Below are positions 1-13,975 of a stretch of 64,000 nt of DNA, piece by piece. Each line of letters starts with the position of its first letter. The first letter of the stretch is position 1. The notes under the pieces were generated by a model. That model saw only the letters and a list, made by a program, of their open reading frames with translations, was not told the origin of the DNA and did not search any database. Both the position numbers and the translations under genes were made by a program. Source of the DNA: Mytilus edulis (taxonomy: Eukaryota); NCBI RefSeq assembly GCF_963676685.1, contig NC_092345.1, positions 19,282,001 to 19,346,000 on the forward strand, written 5' to 3'.

Positions 1-889
1 GTGGAAATTTCGAGTGCACATAATTTACACGTACGCTTTTTCTTGCCTCATTCTAAGTATTAAATCAATTGTTACAGTACTATATTAACAGAGACATATA
101 TGTCTCTGATATTAATTAAGCGAATGCTTTCGGCGGCCGTAGCAAAGAAGCCTATGAACACCAAGACCTACGGATACATATAGCTGTCCTTGTTTACGTG
201 CAGAAACGGATTTTCGTTTTTCAATAAATCGTTATACTATTTTAACTATGATGGAATTACAATTAGACATTTTTTGACTGCAGATAAAATGCCTCAAACT
301 ATCTCTTGGTCATGGATATGAGTGTTTTACTCCTTTTATTCAGTCACGTTGTTCCGCGGGAAGGATGCGAAACTAAAGCAATGGTGGTACTTCAGAACAT
401 GTTATAATCAAGACAATCTAGAAATAAAACCAAATCATGCAAATAGAAAGATATCAACACTTTTTTTAAATGTATATTGACCTAGAAAATGAGGAAGAAA
501 AAGATAAATAAGTCACCTAAAGGATATTTTTATTTGAGTGTTATCAAGATGATATTTTCCTTTTTCTTAATTTCATTTCCTTTGTACACTGAACGAAACC
601 AGTTTTAAAATGTTTAATAATAAATATATTTTGAAGTGTTCATTATAATTTCATTTCCTCATGATAATATTTGAGAGAATACAGTTTTATGGTAATTATT
701 TTTTCTCACTTTTTCGAATATCGATAGAAGCATATATTATTTTTGCGTTCATTCTTAAACTTGTATAAATATCAACGAAGCGTAAAACACTATTCATAAG
801 TTATCTCCTATATTAAACATTGATTTTTTTTTGTATAAAAGAAGATATGGTATGATTGCCAATTATAGACAACTCTTCACAAGAAACCA

Positions 890-1689
890 ATTGCGCCACA
901 ACTTAATTGCGCCAATACTTCTTTTGCGCCAATACTTCTTTTGCGCCAACTAATTTTCAAAACTATAGGTATCATTTGCGCCAATAAAATAATCATCTAA
1001 TTGCGCCATTTTTATTTATTTTTATGTATATATAAGAACTATATATAGATTGACTTCACTCCTCCTTCCATCCGGGACTGGGACCGGCAATTTTACTCCA
1101 CCAAGCCTGACCAAGACGAAATCTACACGATAATCATACTGTTTTATGCATTCTATTTTCGAAATTTAGATAAATGGTGGTAATAAAGACTTTGACATGT
1201 ATAGTATAAAGTTGTTTGAAATATTTTGGACAACATTTAAAGGTACCATCAGCAAAATAAAAATCATCTTTTTTAAATCTTTCTTTTCTAAATTGTCTTC
1301 TTCAATTTTGAAGAGCTCAGAATTCAACGTATATTTGTTCCACCTAACAGAAGTTCCACATGTTCCAGTGGAAACTTTATTATAAACAATGTCATAATAC
1401 CTTTACCTGTTGGAACAAATATTCTATACTATTTATTCCGTTAGGAACATCTACTATTATATTTATTCCTGTGGAAATAATATTCCAGAATAGTTTTTCC
1501 ATTTGGAACTTATATTATGATGGAACTTCTATTCCGTGACACATGTATGCTATAGGTAAAAAATATTTACAGGTAAATGTGGCGCTATTTCATTTCATTA
1601 ACTGGCGCAATTAATACCATCAAAATTAAAGATAGTGGCGCAATTAATACCTTTTCAAAACTGCAATTGGCGCAAATTGATTCTGCCCT
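890..1689. mobile_element. Foldback-type MITE with TTGCGCCA/TGGCGCAA subterminal repeats, inserted in a short interspersed repeat
   Basis: 6 ttgcgcca copies at 891-1008 and inverted tggcgc(a/t) copies at 1580-1675. The host repeat is split between 838-890 and 1690-1760. A ggaac-repeat element end (…attccgtgaca) lies inside. Confidence 0.65.
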
Positions 1690-2487
1690 TGACACAGACA
1701 TTAACAACTGTAGGTAGCCGTACGGCCTTCTACAATGAGCAAAGCCCATATCGCAGTTAGATGATTGCTACAATAAGGGATCTTGAGCATTATGTGTATT
1801 TAATTTGGTAAAAAAATAATGTCTTAAATTATCCGACATAAGATTTATTTCCTGTATTGGACTGTTTCACTAGCTTACATTTTCTCATCTCACAATATTA
1901 TTTCGCTGTAGTGTAAACATTTGATATACGGTTTACCGAGGCTCAGTCAGTTAAACATATTTTTGCAGCTGACTACATGGTATACCAGTTTGTGGAAGAA
2001 CTTCAATGTATTTGATTCATCTTGCAAATTGTATTTAATTTATAAAATTAACAATTGTAGCTTAAAGAAATTCAATTGATTATGCATGTGTTTCCACAAA
2101 GCCATAAAATATTATCACCGAATGCGAGTAACACGATTGATGCCACTATAGGAGCTGAAAGTGTTAACCTTTCCAAAGACCTTCATTATTTTGATTTTGC
2201 ATTTGTTTTCAATGTTCGTTTTGTGGTATTTTCAACGTCTGTTGTTTCTTATCACCCGTTATAACAGCACAATCTGGTGAAACTGGGACTGCTGACACTT
2301 TCGTAATCACTGGCGTTCATTCACATGCAAGTTTTATTTTACTCAATCTTAAGTTTTCTTCGTAGTACATTGTGGAATATTCTTTCGACTTTTCGTCGGT
2401 ATTTAGAGTCGAGTTTATTTTTATTTTCTTCGACTTATGTACCATCTTTTCCTAACGCTGTTCAAAGCTGTTGTCTGCGTTGTATTC

Positions 2488-3420
2488 CCAAGACAAGACA
2501 AGACAAGACAATTTATTACAACTTAGGCACACTTATGGTGCTACAAGAGGATAACAATTATACATTAAAAATTACATACATACTTATACATTTACAAGAA
2601 AGTCACACAATAGATTAATAATTGATATCATACAATAAAACTGAAATATATATCCCTTCATTTCTGATCCACTCATAAGTTATTGTTAGTGGCTTGAATC
2701 TTCTACATCTATCAAATGTTTAGCTCCCGCTTATAGTGCCTCCTATTAAAAAATGTCTCATAATTACCAGGCGATTGTTGCTTATACTTTTATTTGATTG
2801 GTTAATAAGTATTCTGCGATGATTGCAAATACATTTAATAAATACATTTCTTGGACATCTGCACGTAAAAATTACTATCAGAAACACAACTTGACAAACA
2901 AGGGTATAGTAGCATAACACAATAGCAACTCTTTGTCGGAAGTTTATAAGGGCAAAAGTTCACAAAGCAGTTTCAAATAACTTGATCAGATGTTAGACAC
3001 CACCGGACCATCATTGACATATTTATTATATACAACTTGTACAGAGATATAATAGCACTATAGAAAAGGTGGTAAATAATGTTTAAGTGTTCAAACAGTC
3101 ACCTGATTGAATAAATCAATAACATTTGATCACCATAATAGAAAAATAAGTGCGATGAACAGCAAGTCTCATTTATCATTTAAATTATAGTAACCCCAAA
3201 CAATACACCTGCTGTATATAGTTGTTTTGAGAATTCCATCGATGCTATACAATGTAAAATTAGCCCAATAAACATGTTTTATCATATACATTATATAAGA
3301 ATTTTTAAATGGTATATATATATTGAAAGACATGCTATTATCACTGCACAGTTCGCATGAGGGTTTGCCCTGTCTCACTTTATGTAGCTGTTTGTGTCGA
3401 ATAAAGCAAGTTTTATTCCT
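2488..3420 (-). mobile_element. Possible old LINE 3' remnant
   Basis: On the minus strand AATAAA is followed by a (TCTTG)4 tail at 2488-2517, with a CxxC-containing minus-strand fragment (PSCELCSD) upstream. No clear RT motif. Confidence 0.3.
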
Positions 3421-5640
3421 GATATTTTGCACAATGAGTATTAAAAAGTATGTGTCACAAAAAGTATAACTTAGATACGTGTGTGCATCTTCTTGTATTC
3501 GGGCTTTTCCGTTTCCGTATTTTGTATTGAAGTCTAATCGGAAGTCAGAAGCTAGAAACACATGATCGTTTATTGTTTTTGTTTGAATGTTTCTTAATGA
3601 ATATATTGTTCATTTTAATTTTGTATTTATTTCTAGCTTTATGATAGTTTCTCTGTATACCGCCATCTTAGACTGTACAAAAGCAGTACATAATCGGTCT
3701 AGTTCCTTGCCTTAATCTGCAAATTTTGGGACATATTTGCAATTTATGTTATGGGAATGTTTATTTGTAAAAATAAAAATAAGTGATATAAACAGAACCC
3801 AAAAGGTTTAAAGTCATAAGAAACCTCAAATTAAGTACTAAATGGATAGTTTGCATTATACAACTTATGTACATATACTTTTTTTCTGAGGAAAGTTCTT
3901 TAATTTGTCCACATTTAGAAAAAGTTTACTTATTTTTAATTGCTTGCTTCCAGGAAGCAATTCGCCGACATATTTTCCGTATGCATAGTGACCTGAGCGT
4001 AACCCTCCTCGTAAAAATCCGGTGATCGCAATACGCATGAATCTGTCATTAAAATAAACAATTATCTGATTGTACATGTTAAACACGTGCTCAATACCCA
4101 TGCTTTTTGTTATTTGTTTACTATAAGGTGACAATCGGTAAACTTCGGCTTCAAAACACGGCATTTAATGAGCAGCCATATTTGTTAAATCATTGCAGAC
4201 AGAGAGAGAAAAAAATTGACGATTATACGATATATTTGCGTAACAAATGATAAAATCGTGCACAGAGGACTAAGTTTATGATATAAACATGCATTGGTTC
4301 AAGAATTGGATAAACATTATTTTTCACCACTCACTGGTTTCATATGACTTATAAATACCGAATGTTTGTGTATTTTAGAATCAATTTTTCAACTGAACCA
4401 TTTAAGGGGAGATAACTCTTTAAGTGATTTGATAATACTGAGATGAAAGGGAAATTATCATTCTCTAGTTGTAGCAACAAAATAAGTTCGATGACACCGT
4501 TTTTATTTTTTTAAAACTTATTATAAAACCTATCTTCTCATATTTTATTTTAAAATTCTATCTTATAGATTTCTTTTTATTCATAAAAAAAAAGTGTTTT
4601 TCATGTTTTTCATGAACAATCGATGCAAATTTTGGCAATTTTTCGCACTTTTCTCGCTTGCAGTGGCGGTTCCAGGGTTCCAGAGGGGGGCGTAGAGGGC
4701 GTACGCCTCCCCCCCCCCCCCCCCCCGTTTTGCTTGAACTTTTTTTTTTAAATGATTAATCAGACTAGACTTCGTGAACTTTGCCATTTCCCGTGTATTT
4801 AATTCTTATGCGTTAATTCTTTACTTATAAAGATATTTTTCGCTTGTATTTACTGATTATGTCAAAGTCATGTGGTTCGCCATGGTATCGTCAAGAATTT
4901 CAATAACGGCCGGGAAACAGACTAAGTTGACCAGTGCGTCAAAAAAACGTCACTCCGTCATTTTGAAATTCAAATTACAGTAACACATTGCTGAGTATGA
5001 CAACCACGATACCTTCAAAGCGACACAGGATTAAGCAAGAACGTAGTGACTTCACAATTCAACCAAACAGAAAGTAACACTCTATTACACTCTCAAGAAA
5101 AAAAAATCCATAGCAATGTTATTTACCTACGAAAATATGTTTTCCCCAAACGCCCTAGCCTTTTTCAAAATAACATGATAGCTGAATAATGATCCCCAGT
5201 CAGTATAAGCTGTAGATAGATTTAAAATCTAAGGTACGAACCATTTGCTTTGAGGAGGCAGTCTAAGTGGGTATTTGAGAGGAAAAAAATCTGACTGATT
5301 TTTGCATTGAATAAAAAATCTGGTCGTATCTGGATTGAAAACAATCATCTTGTCCACTTTTTTGCTATTAGAAACTAAAATTTCCAACAGAATTATTTAG
5401 CATTACATGAACATGATGAATAAAACACGGGCGTATTTTATTTAGGCCGTGGTATGCATGTCTGACCAGAATGTCTGTTTCGCCGAACTGATATATTGAA
5501 TACTTTTTTCAAGACCAGACTGCAACCTGACTGCTGAGTGTGGCCTTTATGTCTCCATTTGTCGACCGTCATTAATAAATTCGTTGTCACTTCAGACTCA
5601 TTCGTAGCCTTTGGTTGATTTGGAATCCCTCACCTCCCTT

Positions 5641-5672
<32 letters not shown>

Positions 5673-8600
5673 TGAAACATATCAACCTAATATTTGGATA
5701 AAAATTGCTTGTTTGACTTTTTTAACTCGTGTCGGTCGCTAGGTCGGTCGTATTGTAAATTTCATCGATTAGCCCGGCGTATTTCTTGTTGTGAGGTTAT
5801 GCTAACTAAACATACAACAAACGAGAATTTTCTATGTCTATTTTTTACTGACAAGTCCCACATCAAATATATCAGTACATAGCTTTGGATCTATACTATC
5901 ATTTTATGATAGACAATCAATAGGGAGAATACAGCATAAAAAAATATCCAAACCTTACACTTTACAGCAACTATAGAATACACATGCCCCATGCCAGAAA
6001 CAGTTTTAAAAGTGCATTTTACACTTATTTTATGTTTTTTAGCCAAAAAAAGGTTCCAAAAATTTGTCGCCTCGCTCCGCTCGTCAATCTTTAAAAACTT
6101 CGCCCCACCTTTTCAAATTCCTGGATCCTGGCTCTTGGCTTGAATGATAGAACGGTGACACATACTTTTTATTACATATTTGAAAAAAGCATGGTACTAT
6201 CTTCATTTTGGCAAAGTAAAAAAAATCCTATCAGAGGAAATCTATACCGATGATTCATCTGAACTCTAAAGCTACGGAATATTATGTAAATTTCACGTTT
6301 TATCAATCCTGCCTGTGGTCGAAACGGTTTAAGATAATTCATTTCCGCTCTAAAATCAGAAAGCAAAGGGCTCTTTTGGGAAAATGTTAAATCCGATTCA
6401 ACTTTGCATTTAAAAAGACTGTCATGGTGTTACCTTCATTAGCCGACTATACAGTATAAGTTTTAATCATTGTTGAAGGCCGTACGGTTGACCTCCTCTT
6501 ATACATCTACTTCATTTGAACTTGGGTGGACATTTGTCTCATTGACAATCCGGCATATATCGATGAAATTTCCATTTTCGAATACTGTTTTTACTTTATT
6601 TACGAACCAATATATACAAATCACATGCACATTGATTTCAACGAACTGTCAAAAATACCAAAATTATCATAATAAGATACATGATTGTATGATATCGATA
6701 CGAGGATATATCAATAACAAAGACGTTAGTGTACGAGATAAATTATCAGTACTAGTTTAAAAAATGTGTCCGGGCGGACACAAATTGCTAGTATAAAATG
6801 ATAACAAGAACTTTTATAACATTGGATTTTTTCTTAATTCAAATATTTCATATTTTTAATGTTTACTTATTTTAAAAAGAATTCGATTTTAGAATAATAA
6901 AAATTGCACTAAATAATCATGCAAAAATCGCCATGACCAATATTTTCTGGAAAAGTAAGTAGCTGGAAATGTATTTGACTAGCTATGGACTTATTTTACT
7001 ACTAAAATCTAACATGAGACTTATTTTTTAAGTAAATTTTTTGTCATGGACTTGATTTCCTAGGAAATAAAGACAGACAGGGAGACAAATTCGACTGTTT
7101 CATAAACTCCTTCGGTTTTGGAATTGTTATCAAACTTTGCTAAAGGCATGAGATTAAAAATGGAACCGAAACTTTGTCTGCTTAAATTGTATGTTTTTTT
7201 TTACAATCCGTTAAATGTTGATAAAGTCAGGAATGATGCCTTTAATGACCTTTGATGGATGCAAATGAATCATTGCAACAACAAAAAATGTAATAATAAA
7301 ATACTTTTTTATTCAGTTTTCTTAATTTTTAATATATATACTTAATTTTGTCATTTCTTTTTTTAAAAGATATGTTTTGTTTTTTTTAATTACTTATTTT
7401 GATTTTTTTATGATGTGAAATATACATTTTTAACATTTTACTATGTTTTTCAATTTGTATTTGTTAAATAGATATATATTTGTATATATAGTGTCTCATA
7501 AGCCTTTCTATGCTGGTTATTTGTCTTATTTTATTATTGTGCAATGTATATTATATAATCTGTATAACAATCTGTAGACAAGTATGTGACACTTTAAAAT
7601 AAAATAAATTATTATTATTATTTATTTATAAAACAGTTGTAGATGAGCCACGATGACGTTTCCAATTAATCTGGCGAGTTAATAATTACCATACACCGTA
7701 TTTATCAACAAGCATAATTTTTATAATTATCGATTGCAATGTAATAGATCGCACCGTTAATAATCAATTTTACACACCTTTAAATACATGTATTATTTGC
7801 GAAAATATTTTTTGAGTTGTCTACCTTTGGTCATTATCATCCGAAGTTACTTCCTTGTACACAACACTATTATATGGTAAAATTAATTTTAGAAATTGTT
7901 GATGTTATACTTGAAAATTAATGTAATTGCACGCTTAACAAGCATTTTACAGTCTTTAGAAGTAAGAATCCACATAGCTTCACTGCACCGCGAGTGTTAA
8001 ATCATTTTTTATAAAGAATGCAGTTTGTGTAAATTATAAATCACAGGTAAATATAGCAATAAGTTTTGTTTCAACATGAATATGCATGGGTCAAAGATCA
8101 TAGATAAAATGTTCAAGATGATATTATCGTGTTTTCATTTTTAAGATTATGCATGAGATCATTTTTGACGACACTATATTGAGCTATATTTGCTCTGCAA
8201 ATTTACAAAATTGGTAAGTAAATATAAATGTAAATTCAGGGGAGATAAATCTGGCATGGCACTTCCAAGAACTCGTACAAACACTGAATAAAAAATAACT
8301 CGGTTATCTTGAAGAAATAGTTAATTTTAGAAGAGTTTGTGTTACATTTTCAAACATATGTTCATTTCTTTGCTATAAAACTATTTATAACAGAAAAAAA
8401 TTAACACAAAAGGAGATAATAAGATAAATTTAAAAATGTTCTATTAAAGATCATTAAACATCCTGCTTTGTTCTAGTTCAACACACTAAGATTGATTTTT
8501 ACGGGCTAATTACAAGGTAAGACATTAATGTGCCAACTACCGGACCTATAATTCTAATTCCTAGTCGACCATACCGCAAGTCTTTGCTGTTAATTCTTAA

Positions 8601-9321
8601 TGCCATGTGCTTAACAGAGAAGCATCTATTACCAATATTCAAATCTTTCAGTTTGGTTTCAACCGTTTGGGCCGGTTTAATCCTCGTGGCGAACACGCTA
8701 CCATAGTCTACCATGAGACCACTGATTTGGGGGTAAATGAGTCTTATATAGATCATGTGGCATAATGCCGGTTCAATACTTGTCAGTGTTAAAATTCAAA
8801 ACGTATTGTATTGTTCTTGTTGGTTATTTTCCGGTTTCTTTCGCATTATTACTTCTCCATATCTGTTTCTGCTTTTACTGCTTTTATTTCAGTTTTCAAT
8901 ATTGTGTCTTGATGTTATCCAGGATAAAATCACGTGAAATTGTTATTTGATTGTCTGTTGTTCAAATCCCAGTCGCCGATGTTACAAGCAAATCCAGGAA
9001 AGTCATCAATAATTTATCGAGTTACGCCAACCTGCAAGCATCTTAGCCTTCGTTACAATGGTAAGAAGGGACTTACTCGAATGTATCAATAATTCCAACC
9101 TACAATATATTAAATACAGTAAAGACAATTTTATTTTATTTTTTATAGATAAATTTCCAATCCCACATTAACATTTATTATTTTTTTTTTGATTTCGGAA
9201 GAATGTTTAAAGGGGGACTATCGATATTGAACAGACCAAAACTATAACGTGTATAAACGGGGTTATTTGATTAACTTCCTGTTTTAAACTGAATGCTAAA
9301 TTTGGATCATTGATTTAGAAT

Positions 9322-9489
9322 AAAAGAGGGACGAAAGATACCAAAGGGACAGTCAAACTCATAAATCTAAAACAAACTGACAACGCCATGGCTAAAAATG
9401 AAAAAGACAAACAGAAAAACAATAGTACACATGACACAACATAGAAAACTAAAGAATAAACAACACGAACCCCACCAAAAACTAGGGTG
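9322..9489 (-). mobile_element. Solo inverted copy of the Penelope-like element 3' tail
   Basis: Near-exact reverse complement of ~18980-19144 (aaaagagggacgaaagatacc...cacgaaccccaccaaaaactagg). Confidence 0.85.
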
Positions 9490-9824
9490 CATTTCCGATT
9501 TTTAAAAAAAAATAGGAAATTAAAATGAAATGAAATAATGTACAGAAATTTAAAACTAAAATCATCTTCACATATATATATATATATAAAGTATTTGAAA
9601 ATTCATTAATAAACTTATTAAAGAAATGATGAGGTTATAAACCTAAAAAGACAACAATTATAGACAAAGCTGAACAATGAATCAAAGCATTGTATGCAGG
9701 GATTTATTCCTTAATTTAGAATAATTTCAAAATTTTGTAATGTAACAAATTTTTATTACACAATGTCTTTATTTTCTTGCAAGTACCTCACCGAAATACT
9801 GCATGGCTAATGTGCTGATAATTA

Positions 9825-10847
9825 GAGATTTACGGAAAGTCTCGGATCCGACCGTTGACTACGATTCTGACATCGAAAATTACAGGGGTCGTCTCAAAAA
9901 CGATTTACAAAAAAGATAAACATATCCTGCTTCCTGTTGTAAACATTTTCCTGAAATATTTTTTGTTAAGAAATCGGTTATATGCCACCTGGTTTTCGCA
10001 GATGATGTCCATCAGCAGTCGCTTTTTGGCTAGATGTTCTGCAGCTTGTCAAGGACTCATTTACACAATATACTGGGAGACCCCACAAACTATCACAGAA
10101 GAATCGGGTCATGTTGTACATTATGTGGCTTCGGTCGTATCCATCATAACATGTTCTCGCGTTAATTTATGTAAGTGATGCTCCACAGTACAAGCAGAAA
10201 TTGCGTGCATGCCAATATTTCAAAGTGCCTTGGAGTCGTTTGTGTCACGTTGTGGCCGGCTTTCAACGAATGGAGAGGAAAACGAGGTATTTGGCCTAAA
10301 CTCCCTGGTGCCGTAGGTGCAATCGGCGTCACTTCAGTAGAGATATACAGGCTACAAATTGAGCCACAAGAACTATATTATTCCGGTCACCAAAATGATG
10401 CGCAGCAGTGTAGGATGAGGAGACAAATTGGAGTCATTGCACCGCTGAATTTTCCAGAACACTATGTGCTGTTGGGAGATAAAATCTGTCCTAATCGGCA
10501 TCCCGTAATTACGCCTTTTACGAGACAACAAATTGCTTGAAAACCAGATCACCAGAAACGCTAGAGCAGAATATAGAATTTTTGTTGAATATGCCATGGG
10601 TGACCTTAAAAATTATAAAGTGATGAGTACTTTGTGGAGGCACACAAGACAAAAACTCAGTCTGAATGTGGAGACTTGTGCAGGATTTGTTAACAGACTT
10701 TAAATAATTCAATATTTGTGTAAAATCTTGTTATTTTTTTCTTGAAAAACTTATTATTTAGAATTTTTTCTATTTTGAGATGACCCCTATCAATTTACCT
10801 GTCAGAGTCGGTGTCAACAGTCGGATCCGAGACTTTCCGTAAATCTC
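9825..10847. mobile_element. Non-autonomous DNA transposon, ~75-bp imperfect TIRs, TA flanks
   Basis: Left gagatttacggaaagtctcggatccgaccgttgac matches the reverse complement of right gtcaacagtcggatccgagactttccgtaaatctc (1 mismatch in 35). TA at 9823-9824 and 10848-10849. Confidence 0.9.
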
Positions 10848-11787
10848 TATTAGGACTAACGGATTTAAAGTCCATCAGCAGAGCAATAGACCCAGTGGTA
10901 GTATAGTATTAACGGCAACAATATATCCGCCCGGGGTGTTTGTTAAGTTATGTTCAAGGTCAAAATATTTAAAATTGGGGGAAAAAATGAGGAGCTTATA
11001 AATCTAAAAGAACAAATTGTATAGGCAAAGCTGGGCATGAATTACAGCTCTGCATGATAACTTTTTCAAGCGATACCCAATTGCGACTCGTTATAAAACT
11101 TATAAATATCGGCAGCTGTTCCTCCGACAAGATTTCATGCCGGATATCAAATAGTAGAACATGACAGCATGAGTTAAAGTTAACATTAGTATGCAGACTG
11201 CCGTGGGCATTTTATTTATCCTGCTCTAATCGGAAGACGATCACAATTACCGTCAAATATACTTTCTTCAAGGTTGTTTCATTGTAATTTGATATAATTT
11301 AGTAAAAAATCTTGACTAACTAGGGATAAAATGGCAAAAGTTAAGCCTCCTGACATTTTTGAAATATCTGTCAAGTTAAATTTTGTATGGTCTAAATAAA
11401 GTTTAGCGATCAACTTTGATTCATATCCGTAAATGGAAATATCCCGTTATAATTTTCGCACATCTGAAATAAATAAAGACTATGGTACATTCAGCATTCA
11501 TTTAGTCAAGACATACGGTCAATCTGATTATCCCGACTTTGGAAACAGTAACATGTTTTTGTATTGGGTTTTGAGTTGTTTGTTTTATTATGATTTTTGT
11601 TAGAATCCTATACATTTTATATACTGCATGCCTTTAATCATTTACAAAAGAATTCGCTATTGGTTCATCCTTTGCACCTTTTGGGGGCTACGTTCTCTAT
11701 TATTTATTTTAAAAAATATCGTCTGCTTTTATTTTTACAGAATGTTTTTGGATTAGTTTGAATTGTATTCAAAAAAGCTTCACCACA

Positions 11788-13581
11788 ATGGCCGAGGGAG
11801 ATGACACGAAGGACAAAAAGAAAAACAGTTTTTCGTCTACTCTTCGAAATTTGGCCGACATGGGTTTAAGTGGCGAAATGGCTGATCTTGAAGTGATTGT
11901 GGAAGGCAAAGCTTTTCCGTGTCACAGGTTAATACTATCAGCAGTTTCTCCACATTTTCGAGCAATGTTCAATTCAGGAATGGTCGAAGCTCAGAAGGGT
12001 CGACTAGAGCTACCTGACATAACAAAGGAGGTTTTTGAGATCATGCGAACATTTATTTATACTGGAAATGTTGAAGTGGACAAAATCACAGAGGACAACA
12101 TCGTTGACCTTCTTCAAGCGTCTGCGCTTTATGAATTACAGGATATGCAAGACGAGTGTGAAAAAGTTCTTGGAAAAGAAATCGGCAATGAGAATTGTTT
12201 ACCTTTATTTAAAATGTCACGAATGTACAATTGTAAGATATTATTTGACAAGTGCAGACCGTTTATTATGGAAGGATTTAATGGTTTGTGGAAAGCTGAT
12301 GAATTTACTACCCTTCACATAGAAGATCTTGAAAGTATTGTTCGCGATGACGAGTTAGTCCCAGTTGATGAGGAGCAAATTTGTGAAGCTATCCTTATGT
12401 GGATAAAAAAGGACCCACAGGAAAGAAAGCAATTTATCAGTAGATTGTTTCGACATGTTCGTTTTGTCAATATAAGTCCGGAGTATTTAATCAAAGAGTT
12501 ATATAGCGAAGATCTTTTAACGAAAGACCCTGAGTGCAAAAGATTTCTGGATGAGGCTCGAGATTTTCATTTGCTTCCGGCAAGACAGCACGAGTATACA
12601 ACCGAAAGATTTCACCTTCGGGACAGTGATGATTACGAGGAGGTGATTCTAATTTTAACAGAATTCGACATGGAACGCTCAGGGTCATTTTATCAAGATG
12701 GAAAATGTCTGTGGGCTTTTAGCTTACAACAGAGTCGATGGTTCACATTATCACCCGTTCCACATCCACTAAACCCAGGGTTACATGTTGGTATGGTATC
12801 GTACAGAACAGATGTATTCATTACAGGTGGTAATGAAACGAAAACCTCGAAAAACATTATAAGATACGATTCCGAAAAGAACGAGTTTACGCCAATTCCA
12901 GAGGCAGTGTTGAAAAAGGGTCGATTTAACCATATGATGGTTGCGGTCCGAGAATCTTTATTTGTCATGGGGGGTAAAATCGAAAAGGCAAGGAAGGATG
13001 GCACATATCAAGTTGTTCCGACTATTGAGGAGCTACCAGTTCATGGAAAAAGGTGGCGGGTAATTGGGGAACTGAAAACAGCAGTACATTCCGCAAGCAC
13101 AGTTGTTGTTGGTGAAAAGGTTTTTGTTTTTGGTGGAATACTAGAAGACGGATCTAACCATAATCGTGTGCAAGTTTTTAATGTCCGTCTTCGTGAAACT
13201 GAAAATGTTTGCGACATTGACAAAAGTATGACTCAACCATTTAAAGTCATCCACTTTAATGGAAAGGTTGTTATATTCACGGCTAAAGGGGAAATGCACG
13301 ATTTTGATCCTTGTGGGATGAAATTCAAATTGATGAAACAAATAAAATCGACGTATCTACCAATAGCAGCTGTTTCACATTATAGGGGGTGCATCATACT
13401 TCTAACCGGGAAACCCGACAACCCGAATTGTTATAATAAAATGTACAGGATGGACGTTAGTGTAAACCCATATAGAATGGATATCATTACGCCTAAATCA
13501 AGCATCAAGCCAAAGCCAATTCATTCATGTCAGAGGGGGAGGGTTAACAAACAATTCATGTACCATACCTATTTTCAATAA
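11788..13581 (+). CDS. BTB/POZ-BACK-Kelch repeat protein (kelch-like, KLHL24-type family; putative CUL3 substrate adaptor), 597 aa, single coding exon
   Basis: Uninterrupted ORF. BTB motif DLEVIVEGKAFPCHRLILSAVSPHFRAMF; BACK region (EEQICEAILMWIKKDPQERK...LFRHVRF); kelch GG motifs VFITGG, LFVMGG, VFVFGG plus degenerate blades. First in-frame ATG is 11788 (ACAATGG context); the ORF track start at 11758 is a TTG. An acceptor ttttatttttacag ending at 11740 indicates a 5'UTR intron. Confidence 0.93.
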   Translation: MAEGDDTKDKKKNSFSSTLRNLADMGLSGEMADLEVIVEGKAFPCHRLILSAVSPHFRAMFNSGMVEAQKGRLELPDITKEVFEIMRTFIYTGNVEVDKITEDNIVDLLQASALYELQDMQDECEKVLGKEIGNENCLPLFKMSRMYNCKILFDKCRPFIMEGFNGLWKADEFTTLHIEDLESIVRDDELVPVDEEQICEAILMWIKKDPQERKQFISRLFRHVRFVNISPEYLIKELYSEDLLTKDPECKRFLDEARDFHLLPARQHEYTTERFHLRDSDDYEEVILILTEFDMERSGSFYQDGKCLWAFSLQQSRWFTLSPVPHPLNPGLHVGMVSYRTDVFITGGNETKTSKNIIRYDSEKNEFTPIPEAVLKKGRFNHMMVAVRESLFVMGGKIEKARKDGTYQVVPTIEELPVHGKRWRVIGELKTAVHSASTVVVGEKVFVFGGILEDGSNHNRVQVFNVRLRETENVCDIDKSMTQPFKVIHFNGKVVIFTAKGEMHDFDPCGMKFKLMKQIKSTYLPIAAVSHYRGCIILLTGKPDNPNCYNKMYRMDVSVNPYRMDIITPKSSIKPKPIHSCQRGRVNKQFMYHTYFQ

Positions 13582-13869
13582 GCGGAAACGTGTATTTGTG
13601 TGTGAAACAGTGATTTTTTTATAGACAAAAAAAAAATGATTTTAGTAAAAGATTGTTTATAATATATTGTTTTTCACAGTTAAACTGTAACTATTAAAGT
13701 TTGTAAATACAATTTTTTTTAGTAAAGCTTTGATTTTTTAAGTTTCAGCTGTATGAAGTTCCATCAGTAAAATCCCCTATAAAGGTCTTCACATGTAAGT
13801 AAATGCGATATCTATGTCATGTCTTGATACACAACGGCGTAACCAGGAGTATAGAAATAATATCAACAT

Positions 13870-13968
13870 TGACCACTATGGAATAACCGTTTCACACATG
13901 ATGTCGGATATGTTCCTTGTGTCGTAAATACAATCTACTTACCTTTTCACTACGAATGTGACCTACTG
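13870..13968 (+). mobile_element. Short fragment of the same Penelope-like element
   Basis: Matches 18548-18612 joined to 18850-18885, i.e. the empty site without the MITE. Confidence 0.7.
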
Positions 13969-13975
13969 GACACTT

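Noticed and set aside
5652-5672. Poly-G/poly-C tracts (also ~4708, ~31962, ~35760) as functional G-quadruplexes
   Set aside because: Homopolymers within or next to repeats; length is unreliable and there is no supporting context.
4671-6135. Single hAT-like element from cagtggcggttccagg to cctggatcctggct
   Set aside because: The ends resemble common MITE termini, but the TIR match is poor and no TSD is visible; likely separate fragments.
11758-11787. N-terminal extension of the kelch ORF given in the ORF track
   Set aside because: It starts at TTG just inside the exon; the first in-frame ATG is 11788.
12035-13341. Short overlapping ORFs within the kelch CDS
   Set aside because: Alternate-frame or antisense by-products with no motifs.
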